DNA of 24,254 nucleotides from Cytophagales bacterium (GCA_013298865.1 JAAFJL010000088.1:1-24254), one strand, 5' to 3'; numbered from the stretch's first letter, positions 1 to 8,800 are shown. Numbers and translations are program-made. Notes: generated by a model from the sequence alone, not told the origin.

Positions 1-196
1 ATATTCTCAGATGTTGAAAAGGGGCGGTAAAATGGTTTATGCCACTTGTAGTTTGTTACCCTCAGAATCAGAAGAGCAAGTAAAGAAATTTATCACAAAA
101 TTTGGTTCAGAATGGAAACTCATCAGTGAAAGAAGAACTTCCATCGCCAAAGAAGGTTACGATGGTTTTTATATGGCTTTGCTGGAGAGATTTTAG
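1..196 (+). CDS. 3' end of an RsmB/RsmF (NOL1/NOP2/Sun) family rRNA cytosine-C5 methyltransferase; the gene begins upstream of the window
   Basis: The frame is open from position 2 with no start in the window. The translation ...RGGKMVYATCSLLPSESEEQV... matches the Sun-family SAM-MTase signature (GGxLVYSTCS...EExE). Stop codon at 194-196. Confidence 0.7.
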   Translation, partial: YSQMLKRGGKMVYATCSLLPSESEEQVKKFITKFGSEWKLISERRTSIAKEGYDGFYMALLERF

Positions 197-231
197 TAGG
201 GATTAATTTCTGAATTTTTCTATGAAATTCC

Positions 232-275
232 GCTCGCCCAAAATCACAGTTTAGGGCGAGCGGTTTACTTTCCCC
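232..275 (+). terminator. GC-rich hairpin with a short T-tract, probably the terminator for the methyltransferase gene
   Basis: Perfect 10-bp inverted repeat CCGCTCGCCC (232-241) / GGGCGAGCGG (257-266) with a 15-nt loop, followed by tttactttcccc. It lies between two convergent genes. Confidence 0.45.
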
Positions 276-1282
276 TACCGCTTCAACCTTCCACTGGTAT
301 CTCCTGCTAAAACTGTTTCCACTTCGCTGACTGTCACTAAATTAAAATCTCCCTCTATTGTATGTTTCAATGCAGATGCTGCTACGCCAAAACGAAGGGC
401 TTGCAGGTCATCTTGATTATTGACTTTTCCGTAAATATACCCTGCCATGAAGGCATCTCCGCCTCCAATTCTATCCACAATATCTGGAATATCGATGGTT
501 TCCGTCAGCAACATTTCTGTACCATTCCATAGCTTTCCTGTGAGGGTATTGTGCGAGGCAGAAATTTGTCCACGTTTGGTAGTCATGATGTTTTTTAACT
601 TCGGAAAACGAACCATCAATTGCTGACAAACGGATTTAAAACTTTCTCTTGCATCATTGGGCAAAATCCCAAACATATCGGCAGCATCGCCTTTACTACA
701 AACAATTACATCACAATTTTCTACTAATTCTGGCATAATTTCATTGGGTCTTTTGCCCCATTGCCAAAGATTGCTTCTATATCCTACATCTGCTGAGACT
801 CTGATTCCCAGACGATTAGCAGTTTTGACAGCTTCTAAACAAGCCTTCGCCGCACCTTCAGAAATGGCTGGAGTGATTCCTGTAAAATGAAACCATTGAG
901 CATCTTTCAGGATTTCTTCCCAATTAAAATCTGCTGGGTTTAGATGGGCAAAAGAAGAATCCGCACGGTCATAAACTACCTTACTCGGACGCATTGCCGA
1001 ACCTTTCTCCACAAAATAAATCCCGATTCTATTGCCTCCAAAAGTAATATATTGAGTATCCACACCGTATTTCTGAAAGATAGCCGTAGCACTTTTACCC
1101 AAATCATTATCTGGGAAACAAGTAACATGGGCAGCGGGAACACCCAAAAATGCTAAAGATGCCGAGACGTTAGCCTCACCACCGCCAAAGTTGATGTCAA
1201 ACTGTTGAGATTGCGAAAATCTACTATAATTTGGCGTACTTAGCCGCATCATTACTTCACCAAAAGTGATTACTTTTTTCAT
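275..1282 (-). CDS. PfkB-family sugar kinase, 2-dehydro-3-deoxygluconokinase (KdgK)-like
   Basis: The ORF is 275..1399. The start is more plausibly the internal ATG at 1282 (MKKVITFGEVMMRL...). The translation carries ribokinase/PfkB hallmarks: an N-terminal FGGGEANVS motif and a C-terminal DRIGGGDAFMAGYIYG anion-hole/ATP motif. Confidence 0.8.
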   Translation of the reverse strand: MKKVITFGEVMMRLSTPNYSRFSQSQQFDINFGGGEANVSASLAFLGVPAAHVTCFPDNDLGKSATAIFQKYGVDTQYITFGGNRIGIYFVEKGSAMRPSKVVYDRADSSFAHLNPADFNWEEILKDAQWFHFTGITPAISEGAAKACLEAVKTANRLGIRVSADVGYRSNLWQWGKRPNEIMPELVENCDVIVCSKGDAADMFGILPNDARESFKSVCQQLMVRFPKLKNIMTTKRGQISASHNTLTGKLWNGTEMLLTETIDIPDIVDRIGGGDAFMAGYIYGKVNNQDDLQALRFGVAASALKHTIEGDFNLVTVSEVETVLAGDTSGRLKR

Positions 1283-1478
1283 TGAGATTTTTTTTCTGTA
1301 AATTTTATTTTTTTTTCCTGACTGTTCCAACCTTTTGCCAGAAACAATTCTCTTTATTGTAGTTTCGTTAGGAATGAAGTCTAATGTGTATAGACTCATT
1401 ATTTTAGATTATTCCCGTAGAGATGAAAGTAAATAATTTTTCGGGCATCTGTCAATATCAAAAAAGAAAACCTTAAAA

Positions 1479-2015
1479 TTGTCTGAAGCCGACCTCATAA
1501 AAGCCTGTCTCCAGAACGACCGAATCGCACAGCGAGAGCTTTATAAGGCTTACGCTGGTAGGATGTTGGTGGTGGCGAATCGCTACGCCCAATCTCGTGA
1601 AGAAGGCGAAGATATTTTGCAGGAGGCTTTCGTGAAAATTTTCAAGTACCTACATACTTTCAGGGGCGAAAGTACGATTGGGGCTTGGATAAAACGAATC
1701 GTGGTGAATACCGCCATAAAATTTGTGCGTGCCAGAGACGAACTGCAGTTTCATGATGATATGACAGTTTTTGCCAATGATTTTTCGGACAGTAATAGTA
1801 GTATCGAAAACATTCATTACCAAGAACTTTTAGCAATTATTCAGCAACTTCCTGCGGGGTGTCAGGCGGTTTTTAACTTGTACGCCATCGAAGGTTTTCA
1901 GCATAACGAAATCGCAGAATTGCTTGAAATTTCAGTAGGAACTTCAAAATCACAGTATTCAAGAGCAAAGACTTTATTGCAAGGAATGATAAGTAGTAAA
2001 ATAGGAAGTCATTGA
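1479..2015 (+). CDS. RNA polymerase sigma-70 factor, ECF subfamily
   Basis: The translation SEADLIKACLQNDRIAQRELYKAYAGRMLVVANRY...ILQEAFVKIF...AWIKRIVVNTAIKF (region 2), followed by ...LPAGCQAVFNLYAIEGFQHNEIAELLEISVGTSKSQYSRAK (region 4 HTH), is a canonical ECF sigma. The only in-frame start upstream of region 2 is TTG at 1479; the frame opens at 1437 and has no ATG. Confidence 0.9.
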   Translation: MSEADLIKACLQNDRIAQRELYKAYAGRMLVVANRYAQSREEGEDILQEAFVKIFKYLHTFRGESTIGAWIKRIVVNTAIKFVRARDELQFHDDMTVFANDFSDSNSSIENIHYQELLAIIQQLPAGCQAVFNLYAIEGFQHNEIAELLEISVGTSKSQYSRAKTLLQGMISSKIGSH

Positions 2016-2097
2016 GTTTTAAGTTAATAAATTATCAAATAAAAACTCATAAATTATTAATTATCAGATACTTGTAGTGAAGTAGTAAGTTTTATAA

Positions 2098-2751
2098 ATG
2101 AAGGAAAATCAATTACATAGCTTCGAGGAACAATGGCGAAACGCCTTTGATGATGCCTCCATGACTCCCCCAGATTCGGTTTGGGGAGGTATAGAAGCAC
2201 AATTGGGTGATACCGCCCCATTGCCACCGACAGGCAGTGGATTGCCCTTTTATTATATCGGAGGTTTAGCAGGCGTTTTGTTGTTGGGAATTGGAGCATA
2301 TTTCTTTTTTGGGGAAAAAGAGGCTGTGAATCCTGAGCAAAAAACGGTGCAAATCATCGAACAAAAATTGGAAAAAATACCAGAAGTTGTACCTGAACAA
2401 AAGGTATTGATTCCTACAGAAAAGGCTGTTAGACCCAATATTGTTCAACCAAAAATAAAGCAACGCTTAGAAGCAAATCCAGTGATAGAAAATATCGAAG
2501 AAGAAGTGCAAATTTCTGATAATCAAATAGTTGAATCTAAAAAAGAACTACCTGAAAGTATTGAACCTTTAACCTCTAAATCTATCAAAACTTATGAAAT
2601 TAAACCGATGGAACAAGTCGAAATTCAACCAAAAGACACTACGGCGTATTACGTAAAATCAAAGCCCCAACCTAAAAAAGAGACAATTTGGGAGAAGGTC
2701 AAGAAAAATGTAAAAGTATCTGGTGGTGTTGGGGTTTATCATCAAAATTAA
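2098..2751 (+). CDS. putative anti-sigma factor / single-pass membrane protein co-transcribed with the ECF sigma
   Basis: Lies 82 nt downstream of the sigma gene on the same strand. It has a short cytoplasmic N-terminus, one TM segment (LPFYYIGGLAGVLLLGIGAYFFF) and a low-complexity E/Q/K/P-rich periplasmic tail. This is the typical architecture for a Bacteroidota anti-sigma partner, but no recognisable FecR/RskA domain is present. Confidence 0.5.
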   Translation: MKENQLHSFEEQWRNAFDDASMTPPDSVWGGIEAQLGDTAPLPPTGSGLPFYYIGGLAGVLLLGIGAYFFFGEKEAVNPEQKTVQIIEQKLEKIPEVVPEQKVLIPTEKAVRPNIVQPKIKQRLEANPVIENIEEEVQISDNQIVESKKELPESIEPLTSKSIKTYEIKPMEQVEIQPKDTTAYYVKSKPQPKKETIWEKVKKNVKVSGGVGVYHQN

Positions 2752-2756
2752 AAATC

Positions 2757-3272
2757 ATGAAAATCAAAACACTTGCCCTTTTCATATTCCTACTTTCTAT
2801 TGTATCAGGCTGTAAGAAAGTAGAAGTTGCAGCTACGGAAGTACCTATTTCCAATGCAGATTACATTATTTTTTCTAATGTCAACTTAGGGTGGGGTTGC
2901 AAAGCCGCCAAAGTTTACAAGATTGAAAATCAGAAATTATACCTTGATGAATCTGGTGGTTTTTGTAAAGTTGAAGCCAAAGATTATGTCTTTAAAGGAA
3001 ATGTTTTGGAAGATAATAAGTTTAAAAATGCAGAAAATATCCTCAAACTTTTTCCTGCAAAACTATTGGAAGATACTCGTGAAACCATCGGTTGCCCAGG
3101 TTGTGCGGATGGCGGAATGCTGTATTTAGAAATCAAAAAAGACAATAAAATCCAACGTTGGAGAATCGACGATGCTGTTTTTTATAAAGAACTGGATACC
3201 AATAATCAACCAATCCCAAGCTACCTGTCGAGCTACGCAAAGGAAGTAAAGAAAGTTTTGGAAATACTTTAA
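2757..3272 (+). CDS. hypothetical lipoprotein
   Basis: The ORF begins at a TTG at 2688 that overlaps the upstream gene. The ATG at 2757 gives MKIKTLALFIFLLSIVSGCKK, a lipoprotein signal peptide with a lipobox Cys. The mature part contains several Cys (GCKAAK, GGFCK, IGCPGCADGG). Confidence 0.5.
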   Translation: MKIKTLALFIFLLSIVSGCKKVEVAATEVPISNADYIIFSNVNLGWGCKAAKVYKIENQKLYLDESGGFCKVEAKDYVFKGNVLEDNKFKNAENILKLFPAKLLEDTRETIGCPGCADGGMLYLEIKKDNKIQRWRIDDAVFYKELDTNNQPIPSYLSSYAKEVKKVLEIL

Positions 3273-3282
3273 AAATAATTAT

Positions 3283-3654
3283 ATGAAACTGATAATCAAA
3301 TATTTAGCTATAAGTTTATTCTTTTTTGCTTGTTCTAAAAGTGATGATATTGCCTTAGCAGACGAACAAAAATTAGAAACTTTGGGCAAAGAAATCGAAG
3401 AATTTGCCAAAAATAAATCTTGCTCTGGCGATGATTGTAGAACTATGCCAATGGGAGCAAAAGCCTGCGGTGGACCAACGAAATATTTGGTTTATGCACT
3501 TTCAAAAGTAGATGAAAAACAGCTTACCGAAAAAGTAAAAGTTTATACAGATTTACAGAAGAAAATTAATTTAGCCACGAATAAAATTTCCGATTGTTCA
3601 TTGGTTGTAGCCCCAACAGTCAATTGTCTCAACGGAGTTTGTACGGCAAAATAG
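3283..3654 (+). CDS. small Cys-rich hypothetical lipoprotein
   Basis: Begins MKLIIKYLAISLFFFACSKSDD (lipoprotein signal). Eight further Cys sit in about 100 residues (CSGDDC, KACGGP, DCSLV, NCLNGVC). Confidence 0.5.
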   Translation: MKLIIKYLAISLFFFACSKSDDIALADEQKLETLGKEIEEFAKNKSCSGDDCRTMPMGAKACGGPTKYLVYALSKVDEKQLTEKVKVYTDLQKKINLATNKISDCSLVVAPTVNCLNGVCTAK

Positions 3655-3788
3655 GAGTTGATAGCTTTTGGCAATTGGCTTTAAGCAATAGGCTTTAGAA
3701 CCAAGCAATCAGATAATTAAAATTCAGAATACCTACTTAATGCACTTTAAGTTTTAAGCGTAATTTCAAAATAAAAAATCACAACATT

Positions 3789-5087
3789 ATGAAACGGTTA
3801 TTACAAATCGCACTGAGTCTTTCGGTGCTGGCAGGAATTACTATGTCCTGCAACGACAAATGTACCCAAACTATCAAATCTTGGCAGTCACGCTCGGCGG
3901 TATATGCTGCGACGCAGGTTCGGGCAGGTGTAGAAGCCCAAGCTCCGAAGGATTTGGAAAGCCCTGGCAAAATCTATATTAAAGGTAACTACCTGTTTAT
4001 CAATGAAGTAAAGAAAGGTTTTCATATTATTGACAATTCAAATCCTGCTGTTCCGAAGAAAATTTCTTTCGTTAGAATCCCTGGTAATGTGGATATTGCC
4101 GTGTTAGGAAATACCCTCTACGCTGATAGTTACATGGATATTTTGGCATTTGATATTACTGACCCGAAAGCCCCAAAACAAGTAAGTAGAGTGGAAGCTG
4201 TTTTCCCTTCTGGTATCATTGATGGGCTTTGGTGGAGCTACAATGCCAATACTAAACAGGTTTTTGATACTGACCGTCAGTTAGTTACGACTACACAAGA
4301 AATTAGTTGTGAAAATGCTTCGACCACTACCACAAATAATTGGTGGGGAGGTGGTGTAGCTTTTGACAGCAAGGCGGTTGGGGCTACAGCTGCCCCAGGC
4401 TCAAGTACTGGAGCAGGTACGGGTGGGTCAATGGCTCGTTTTACAATTGTTGATAAAAATCTCTATGCGGTTTCGCAAAGCGACATGATACTTTTTGGGT
4501 TAGAAAGTCCACAAAATCCCAAATTCAAGAAGAATATTAGCATGGGTTTTGGTATCGAAACTATCTTTCCTTACAAAGACAAACTCTTTATTGGTACAAC
4601 TACGGGTATGCAAATTTGGGATAATGTTAATCCCGAAAAACCAACTTTCCTTTCCAGAATTGACCATTTTCGTGCCTGTGACCCCGTGGTGGTTGAAAAC
4701 GACGTTGCTTACGTAACGCTCAGATCCACAGACAATTGGGGGCGTTGTGGTGCAGCACAAACTAATCAGTTAGATGTAATTGATGTGAGAGTTCCAGCAT
4801 TTCCAGTACTAAGAAAAACTTACCCAATGCAAAGCCCTTACGGTCTGGGAATCGACAAAGGACGTTTGTTTCTCTGCGAAGGAAAAGGTGGTTTGAAGAC
4901 CTTCAACGCTAATGACCCGATGGACATAAAATTGACGCAACATTTCAAAGATATGAATGCCTACGATGTGATTCCGATTAGTAAAAATCTGATGATGATT
5001 GGGCGAGACGGACTCTATCAATACGACTATTCAAATCCTGATAATTTGAAGTTGCTGAGTATTATTCCTGTAAAAAATAACTTGTAA
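3789..5087 (+). CDS. LVIVD-repeat (beta-propeller) lipoprotein
   Basis: Signal peptide with Cys (LAGITMSCNDKC). The segment ...GNYLFINEVKKGFHIIDNSNPAVPKKISFVRIPGNVDIAVLGNTLYADSYMDILAFDITDPKAPK... and later blades (DKLFIGTTTGMQIWDNVNPEKP; NLMMIGRDGLYQYDYSNPDNLK) match the LVIVD repeat pattern. A central Thr/Gly-rich low-complexity linker is present. Confidence 0.6.
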   Translation: MKRLLQIALSLSVLAGITMSCNDKCTQTIKSWQSRSAVYAATQVRAGVEAQAPKDLESPGKIYIKGNYLFINEVKKGFHIIDNSNPAVPKKISFVRIPGNVDIAVLGNTLYADSYMDILAFDITDPKAPKQVSRVEAVFPSGIIDGLWWSYNANTKQVFDTDRQLVTTTQEISCENASTTTTNNWWGGGVAFDSKAVGATAAPGSSTGAGTGGSMARFTIVDKNLYAVSQSDMILFGLESPQNPKFKKNISMGFGIETIFPYKDKLFIGTTTGMQIWDNVNPEKPTFLSRIDHFRACDPVVVENDVAYVTLRSTDNWGRCGAAQTNQLDVIDVRVPAFPVLRKTYPMQSPYGLGIDKGRLFLCEGKGGLKTFNANDPMDIKLTQHFKDMNAYDVIPISKNLMMIGRDGLYQYDYSNPDNLKLLSIIPVKNNL

Positions 5088-5207
5088 AGTAAGGGTTGTG
5101 TATTAAGTCTCAAGTACAAAGTATCAAAAATTTAGCCCGAATTTATTCTGAATAATGATAGTTTGTCTGCCAGAACCAGTACACAATACTTTATAAAAAA
5201 TAATTTT

Positions 5208-5813
5208 ATGAAAAATAAATTCACTCTCCTGCTGTTGCTCATGATGGGTTACACAGGCATTGCCCAAGATAAAAAGCCGTTGGGCAAATTTTTAAGAGAA
5301 AACTACGTCAATCAAACAGAAATAGGGTTTTTGTTGGGAAGACAAGGGCAAATTAATAATCAAAATTGGGTAGGAGTTCAACAAAAAGGTTATCAGTCGC
5401 TAACAGCTCAGACTTTCAACGGCATAAAACTCAATCCTCACTTGATTGTTGGGGCAACAGTTGGGGTTGACTGGTACCAGACATTTCAGGTTGTACCAAT
5501 TATGGCAGGAGTTCGTAGTATTTTGGGCAGTAATAAAGACAAAACCAGGATGTATTTCGGAATGGACGTTGGCAAGGGTTTTGTTTGGTTGAATGACGAA
5601 GCCAATCTTCAAACCATCAAAGGTGGACTTACCTTTAATCCATCAGTAGGTTTACTGATTCCGATGAAATCAGGTTCATCTCTAACACTTAGTGCAGGTT
5701 ATAAATATACGTCATTGTCGTCTTTCCAAGATACCGATTTTGTCTATGGAACAACGATTCTCAGAGAAGATATTTACAAAAGAATGTCGATAAGATTAGG
5801 TGTAAGTTTCTGA
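5208..5813 (+). CDS. small outer-membrane beta-barrel protein (OMP_b-brl/porin-like)
   Basis: The ORF begins at TTG 5163. The ATG at 5208 gives MKNKFTLLLLLMMGYTGIAQ (a signal peptide). The mature part has alternating hydrophobic beta-strand patterning and ends ...RLGVSF, a C-terminal aromatic residue typical of OMPs. Confidence 0.6.
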   Translation: MKNKFTLLLLLMMGYTGIAQDKKPLGKFLRENYVNQTEIGFLLGRQGQINNQNWVGVQQKGYQSLTAQTFNGIKLNPHLIVGATVGVDWYQTFQVVPIMAGVRSILGSNKDKTRMYFGMDVGKGFVWLNDEANLQTIKGGLTFNPSVGLLIPMKSGSSLTLSAGYKYTSLSSFQDTDFVYGTTILREDIYKRMSIRLGVSF

Positions 5814-5852
5814 GAAAGAAGTTGTTAAGTTTTAAGTTAATAAGCTAAAAAA

Positions 5853-6278
5853 ATGAAAACAATCATTCAAATAGTGGCAGCCTTAGTGATACTGATAGGC
5901 TGTAAAAAAGAAGATACAGCTACTCCAGTTTCTTCGGCTACTTTGAAAAATAGAATCGAAATGAAGCCTAATGAGAGTATCCAAATCAAGGATGGTTCAG
6001 TAGTAATTTTGGTAAAATTGGTTCAAGTAAATGATAGTCGATGCCCAGTAAATGCTAATTGTGTTCGTGGAGGAGAGGCTAAAGTAAAATTGGATGTGAA
6101 TGTAAATGGAGTTGCCGACAAAGGACTTGAACTATGCTTGGCTTGTGATGCTACAATGAATATTCCTACGAATAAAACCATTGGAAACAAGTATAAAATC
6201 ACGTTGGTTGAAGTAAGTCCTTATCCCGAAATACCAAAAGGAACAATAGAGCCTAAAATAATTTTGGTTGTTGAGTAA
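5853..6278 (+). CDS. hypothetical lipoprotein
   Basis: MKTIIQIVAALVILIGCKK is a lipoprotein signal peptide. It is the last gene of the co-directional cluster and contains several Cys (RCPVNANCVRGG, LCLACD). Confidence 0.5.
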   Translation: MKTIIQIVAALVILIGCKKEDTATPVSSATLKNRIEMKPNESIQIKDGSVVILVKLVQVNDSRCPVNANCVRGGEAKVKLDVNVNGVADKGLELCLACDATMNIPTNKTIGNKYKITLVEVSPYPEIPKGTIEPKIILVVE

Positions 6279-6417
6279 ATGGAGACTTTTAGAATTATCA
6301 ACTTACTGACTTAAAACTTAGAGGTGTAGAGGATTAGAGAAAAGACAAAATACTGACTCTATTCCTCTAAATCTCTATGTTTGAATTGTGATAACTTATC
6401 CCTTAACAACTTAGAAC

Positions 6418-6813
6418 CTAACAATCGCACTTAGGTTTGCTTTGCCAGTTAATCCAATAAGCCGATGCGATGAGTATTGCAGTGAGGCTTCCCGTGATGA
6501 ATTCAGTTTTTTCACCCAAAAATAAAACTTCTGATACTTTCACGAAAGCACCTGCACCAAGCAAAAGAAGAGGGATTTTATTGAAATGTTTCTTGAAATC
6601 TCTTGCTAATAAAACAACTGCAAGAATTAAACTGATACCAACAAAGGCGATTTCCCAAGAATGATTTCTGAAAAGACTTCCTCCAAAAACTGGCATTAGC
6701 GTAAGCACAACGGGTGTAGCAGCACAATGAATAGCACACAAAACAGAAAGGTAAAAACCAACCTTTTCGATTTTATCAGTTGCAAAATGTGTATGTGTTG
6801 AAACTTTGCTCAT
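6418..6813 (-). CDS. MerC-like small integral membrane protein (putative metal transporter)
   Basis: 131 aa, four predicted TM segments. The N-terminal TM carries CAIHCAATP, which resembles the MerC GCAACFP Cys pair. The protein ends ...KPKCDC (a C-terminal Cys pair). Confidence 0.45.
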   Translation of the reverse strand: MSKVSTHTHFATDKIEKVGFYLSVLCAIHCAATPVVLTLMPVFGGSLFRNHSWEIAFVGISLILAVVLLARDFKKHFNKIPLLLLGAGAFVKVSEVLFLGEKTEFITGSLTAILIASAYWINWQSKPKCDC

Positions 6814-6823
6814 TTTCTTTTTT

Positions 6824-6959
6824 GTAATACTGTTGCAAAAATAACTTCTTTCATCTAAATGACCAAGCTATTGAATCATTTTATGTAATACTGTTGCAAA
6901 TATAAAAGAATTATTTATATATTTGCAACATTGTTGCATTAATTGTTTGGTCAACAATT
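6824..6959. promoter_or_regulatory. duplicated palindromic promoter/operator array upstream of the MerC-like gene
   Basis: GTAATACTGTTGCAAA occurs twice (6824-6839 and 6885-6900, 61 bp apart). A perfect palindrome TGCAACAtTGTTGCA sits at 6924-6938. A second inverted repeat, AATTGTT-n5-AACAATT, sits at 6941-6959. On the minus strand the repeats read TATTTTTG and TATATTTG, matching the Bacteroidota -7 consensus TAnnTTTG. Confidence 0.4.
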
Positions 6960-6978
6960 GTTAATAAAGCAAAAAAAT

Positions 6979-7019
6979 AACCCCATCAGTCTTTGACCAA
7001 TGGGGTTTTTCTTTTAAAA
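6979..7019 (-). terminator. rho-independent terminator downstream of glpK, flanked by A/T runs on both sides
   Basis: 8-bp stem AACCCCAT (6979-6986) / ATGGGGTT (7000-7007). An A-run lies 5' of it (a T-run on the minus strand) and TTTTTCTTTT lies 3'. It is 42 nt past the glpK stop codon. Confidence 0.6.
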
Positions 7020-7060
7020 TATTCGGAATCAACGAAAATTAAGTGACAGTAATTGCTATC

Positions 7061-8554
7061 CTATTCGTGCCAATCTAAACTTCTCGCAACGGCTTTTTTC
7101 CAGAAATGATAGGTTCTTGAACGGTCATCGGGGTCCATTTCTGGTTTCCATTTACAGTCTATACCCCAATTTTGTTTCAAATCTTCAATGTCTGACCAAT
7201 AACCAACTGCTAAACCTGCCGCATAAGCAGCACCCAAAGCAGTAGTTTCTATCATTTTTGGACGAACAACCTCCGCTCTAATCATATCCGACTGAAACTG
7301 CATCAGCATATCATTTACTGTCATTCCACCATCAACTCTGAGAGATTCTATCTTGATTCTGGTATCTTTTTGCATGGCTTCCAGTACCTCAAGTGTCTGA
7401 AAAGCAGTGGCTTCCAAAGCAGCCCGTGCTACGTGGGCTTTGTTTACGTAACGAGTTAAACCTACAATTACTCCCCTTGCATCGGACTTCCAATACGGAG
7501 CGTACAAGCCCGAAAACGCTGGAACAAAATAACACCCACCGTTGTCACGTACGGACATGGCGAGTTTTTCAATATCAGAGCTTTTCTTGATGATTCCGAG
7601 ATTATCCCTCAGCCATTGCACCAATGCCCCCGTAATAGCAACCGAACCCTCCAAAGCATAGTGAACTGGCTGATTACCAAACTGATAAGCCACCGTAGTG
7701 AGCAAACCAAAAGTTGAATAATACTGGTGAATTCCAGTATTCATGAGCATGAAACAACCCGTGCCATACGTATTTTTAGCTTCGCCAACTTTAAAACAAG
7801 TTTGTCCGACTAAAGCCGCTTGTTGGTCGCCCAAATCTCCTGCAATTCTTACACCCTCTAAAACACCTTTTGCTTCACCATAAACTTCACTGCTTGACTT
7901 AATTTCGGGTAACATCGCTCTTGGAATATTAAAAATCTCTAACATCTCATCATCCCAAGCTACTGTTTTCAAATTCATCAATTGCGTACGGCTTGCATTT
8001 GTGACATCTGTAATATGGATACCACCATCGATTCCACCCGTCAAATTCCAAATAATATAGGTGTCCATATTACCAAAAATGGCATCTCCTTTTTCAGCAT
8101 CGGCTCTCAGTCCTTCTACATTTTCGAGTAACCATTTGATTTTCAGACCACTAAAATAAGTAGCCAAAGGCAAACCTGTCTTTTTCCTGAACCTATCAAT
8201 ACCACCGTCCTTCTCTAATTCAATAACCATATCGCCTACCCGTGTGTCTTGCCAAACGATGGCATTGTAGTAGGGTTTACCTGTGTGTTTGTTCCAAACG
8301 ACAGTAGTTTCTCTTTGATTAGTAATACCTGTGGCAACCAACGCAACTGGCGAAAGATTGGCTTTCCCCAAAGAAATACCTATTACTTCTTGTGTATTTC
8401 TCCAGATTTCTTCGGGGTCATGTTCTACCCAACCTGCTTGTGGGTAAATCTGTGTGTGTTCTTTCTGTCCGAGAGAAATCATTTCGCCTTTTCTATTAAA
8501 GACGACAAATCGAGTACTGGTCGTACCCTGATCAATAGATCCAATATAAATCAT
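7061..8554 (-). CDS. glpK: glycerol kinase
   Basis: The 497-aa translation begins [19 protein letters not shown] (the GlpK N-terminal ATPase motif). FGGG-family sugar-kinase motifs run throughout, and the length is typical. Confidence 0.95.
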   Translation of the reverse strand: MIYIGSIDQGTTSTRFVVFNRKGEMISLGQKEHTQIYPQAGWVEHDPEEIWRNTQEVIGISLGKANLSPVALVATGITNQRETTVVWNKHTGKPYYNAIVWQDTRVGDMVIELEKDGGIDRFRKKTGLPLATYFSGLKIKWLLENVEGLRADAEKGDAIFGNMDTYIIWNLTGGIDGGIHITDVTNASRTQLMNLKTVAWDDEMLEIFNIPRAMLPEIKSSSEVYGEAKGVLEGVRIAGDLGDQQAALVGQTCFKVGEAKNTYGTGCFMLMNTGIHQYYSTFGLLTTVAYQFGNQPVHYALEGSVAITGALVQWLRDNLGIIKKSSDIEKLAMSVRDNGGCYFVPAFSGLYAPYWKSDARGVIVGLTRYVNKAHVARAALEATAFQTLEVLEAMQKDTRIKIESLRVDGGMTVNDMLMQFQSDMIRAEVVRPKMIETTALGAAYAAGLAVGYWSDIEDLKQNWGIDCKWKPEMDPDDRSRTYHFWKKAVARSLDWHE

Positions 8555-8724
8555 AGCAATTAATTAATTGGAGAATCGGCTAATTGGGAAATTAATGATT
8601 TGATTATCAATACCTTATAGTTATTCTCGTTTTATAAGATTAGGGAATGTGTTTCTGAAAAAATCAGGCACAAATGTAATAAATGCTTCGCTGAAAAATA
8701 CTTTTTTAGGCTAAAAAACACACA

Positions 8725-8758
8725 ATACCCATAGACTTTTGCCTATGGGTATTTTTAC
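8725..8758. terminator. hairpin with a T-tract 3' of the COG1373 ATPase gene
   Basis: ATACCCATAG (8725-8734) / CTATGGGTAT (8743-8752) forms a 10-bp stem with an 8-nt loop, followed by TTTTT. An A/T run also lies on the other side (cttttttag at 8701-8709). Confidence 0.4.
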
Positions 8759-8800
8759 TTAGTTTAAAAACTATTTATTGGATTCTTTACTTTGATTTTT

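Noticed and set aside
657-1156. Plus-strand ORFs of 77 and 70 aa (657-890, 944-1156) inside the kdgK-like gene
   Set aside because: They overlap a well-supported minus-strand CDS in antisense orientation. Their translations have no recognisable motif and are low-complexity, so they are typical shadow ORFs.
275-1399. N-terminal extensions of the tracked ORFs (kdgK-like 1283-1399, lipoprotein 2688-2756, OMP 5163-5207, DedA 15311-15376, ATPase 9926-9946, oxidase-like 21399-21422)
   Set aside because: The extended versions start at TTG/GTG or add residues that are inconsistent with the family's N-terminus (signal peptides buried, Walker A too far in, overlap with the upstream gene). Internal ATG starts fit better and are reported instead. 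This is stated as an inference.
2253-2463. Minus-strand ORFs overlapping the anti-sigma gene, and the 2923-3129 alternative-frame ORF inside the lipoprotein gene
   Set aside because: They are short, overlap better-supported genes, and have no signal or domain features.
6320-6375. Imperfect inverted repeat GAGGATTAGAG ... CTCTATTCCTC between convergent genes 5853-6278 and 6418-6813
   Set aside because: It has one mismatch, a long loop and no adjacent T-tract on either strand, so it is not convincing as a terminator.
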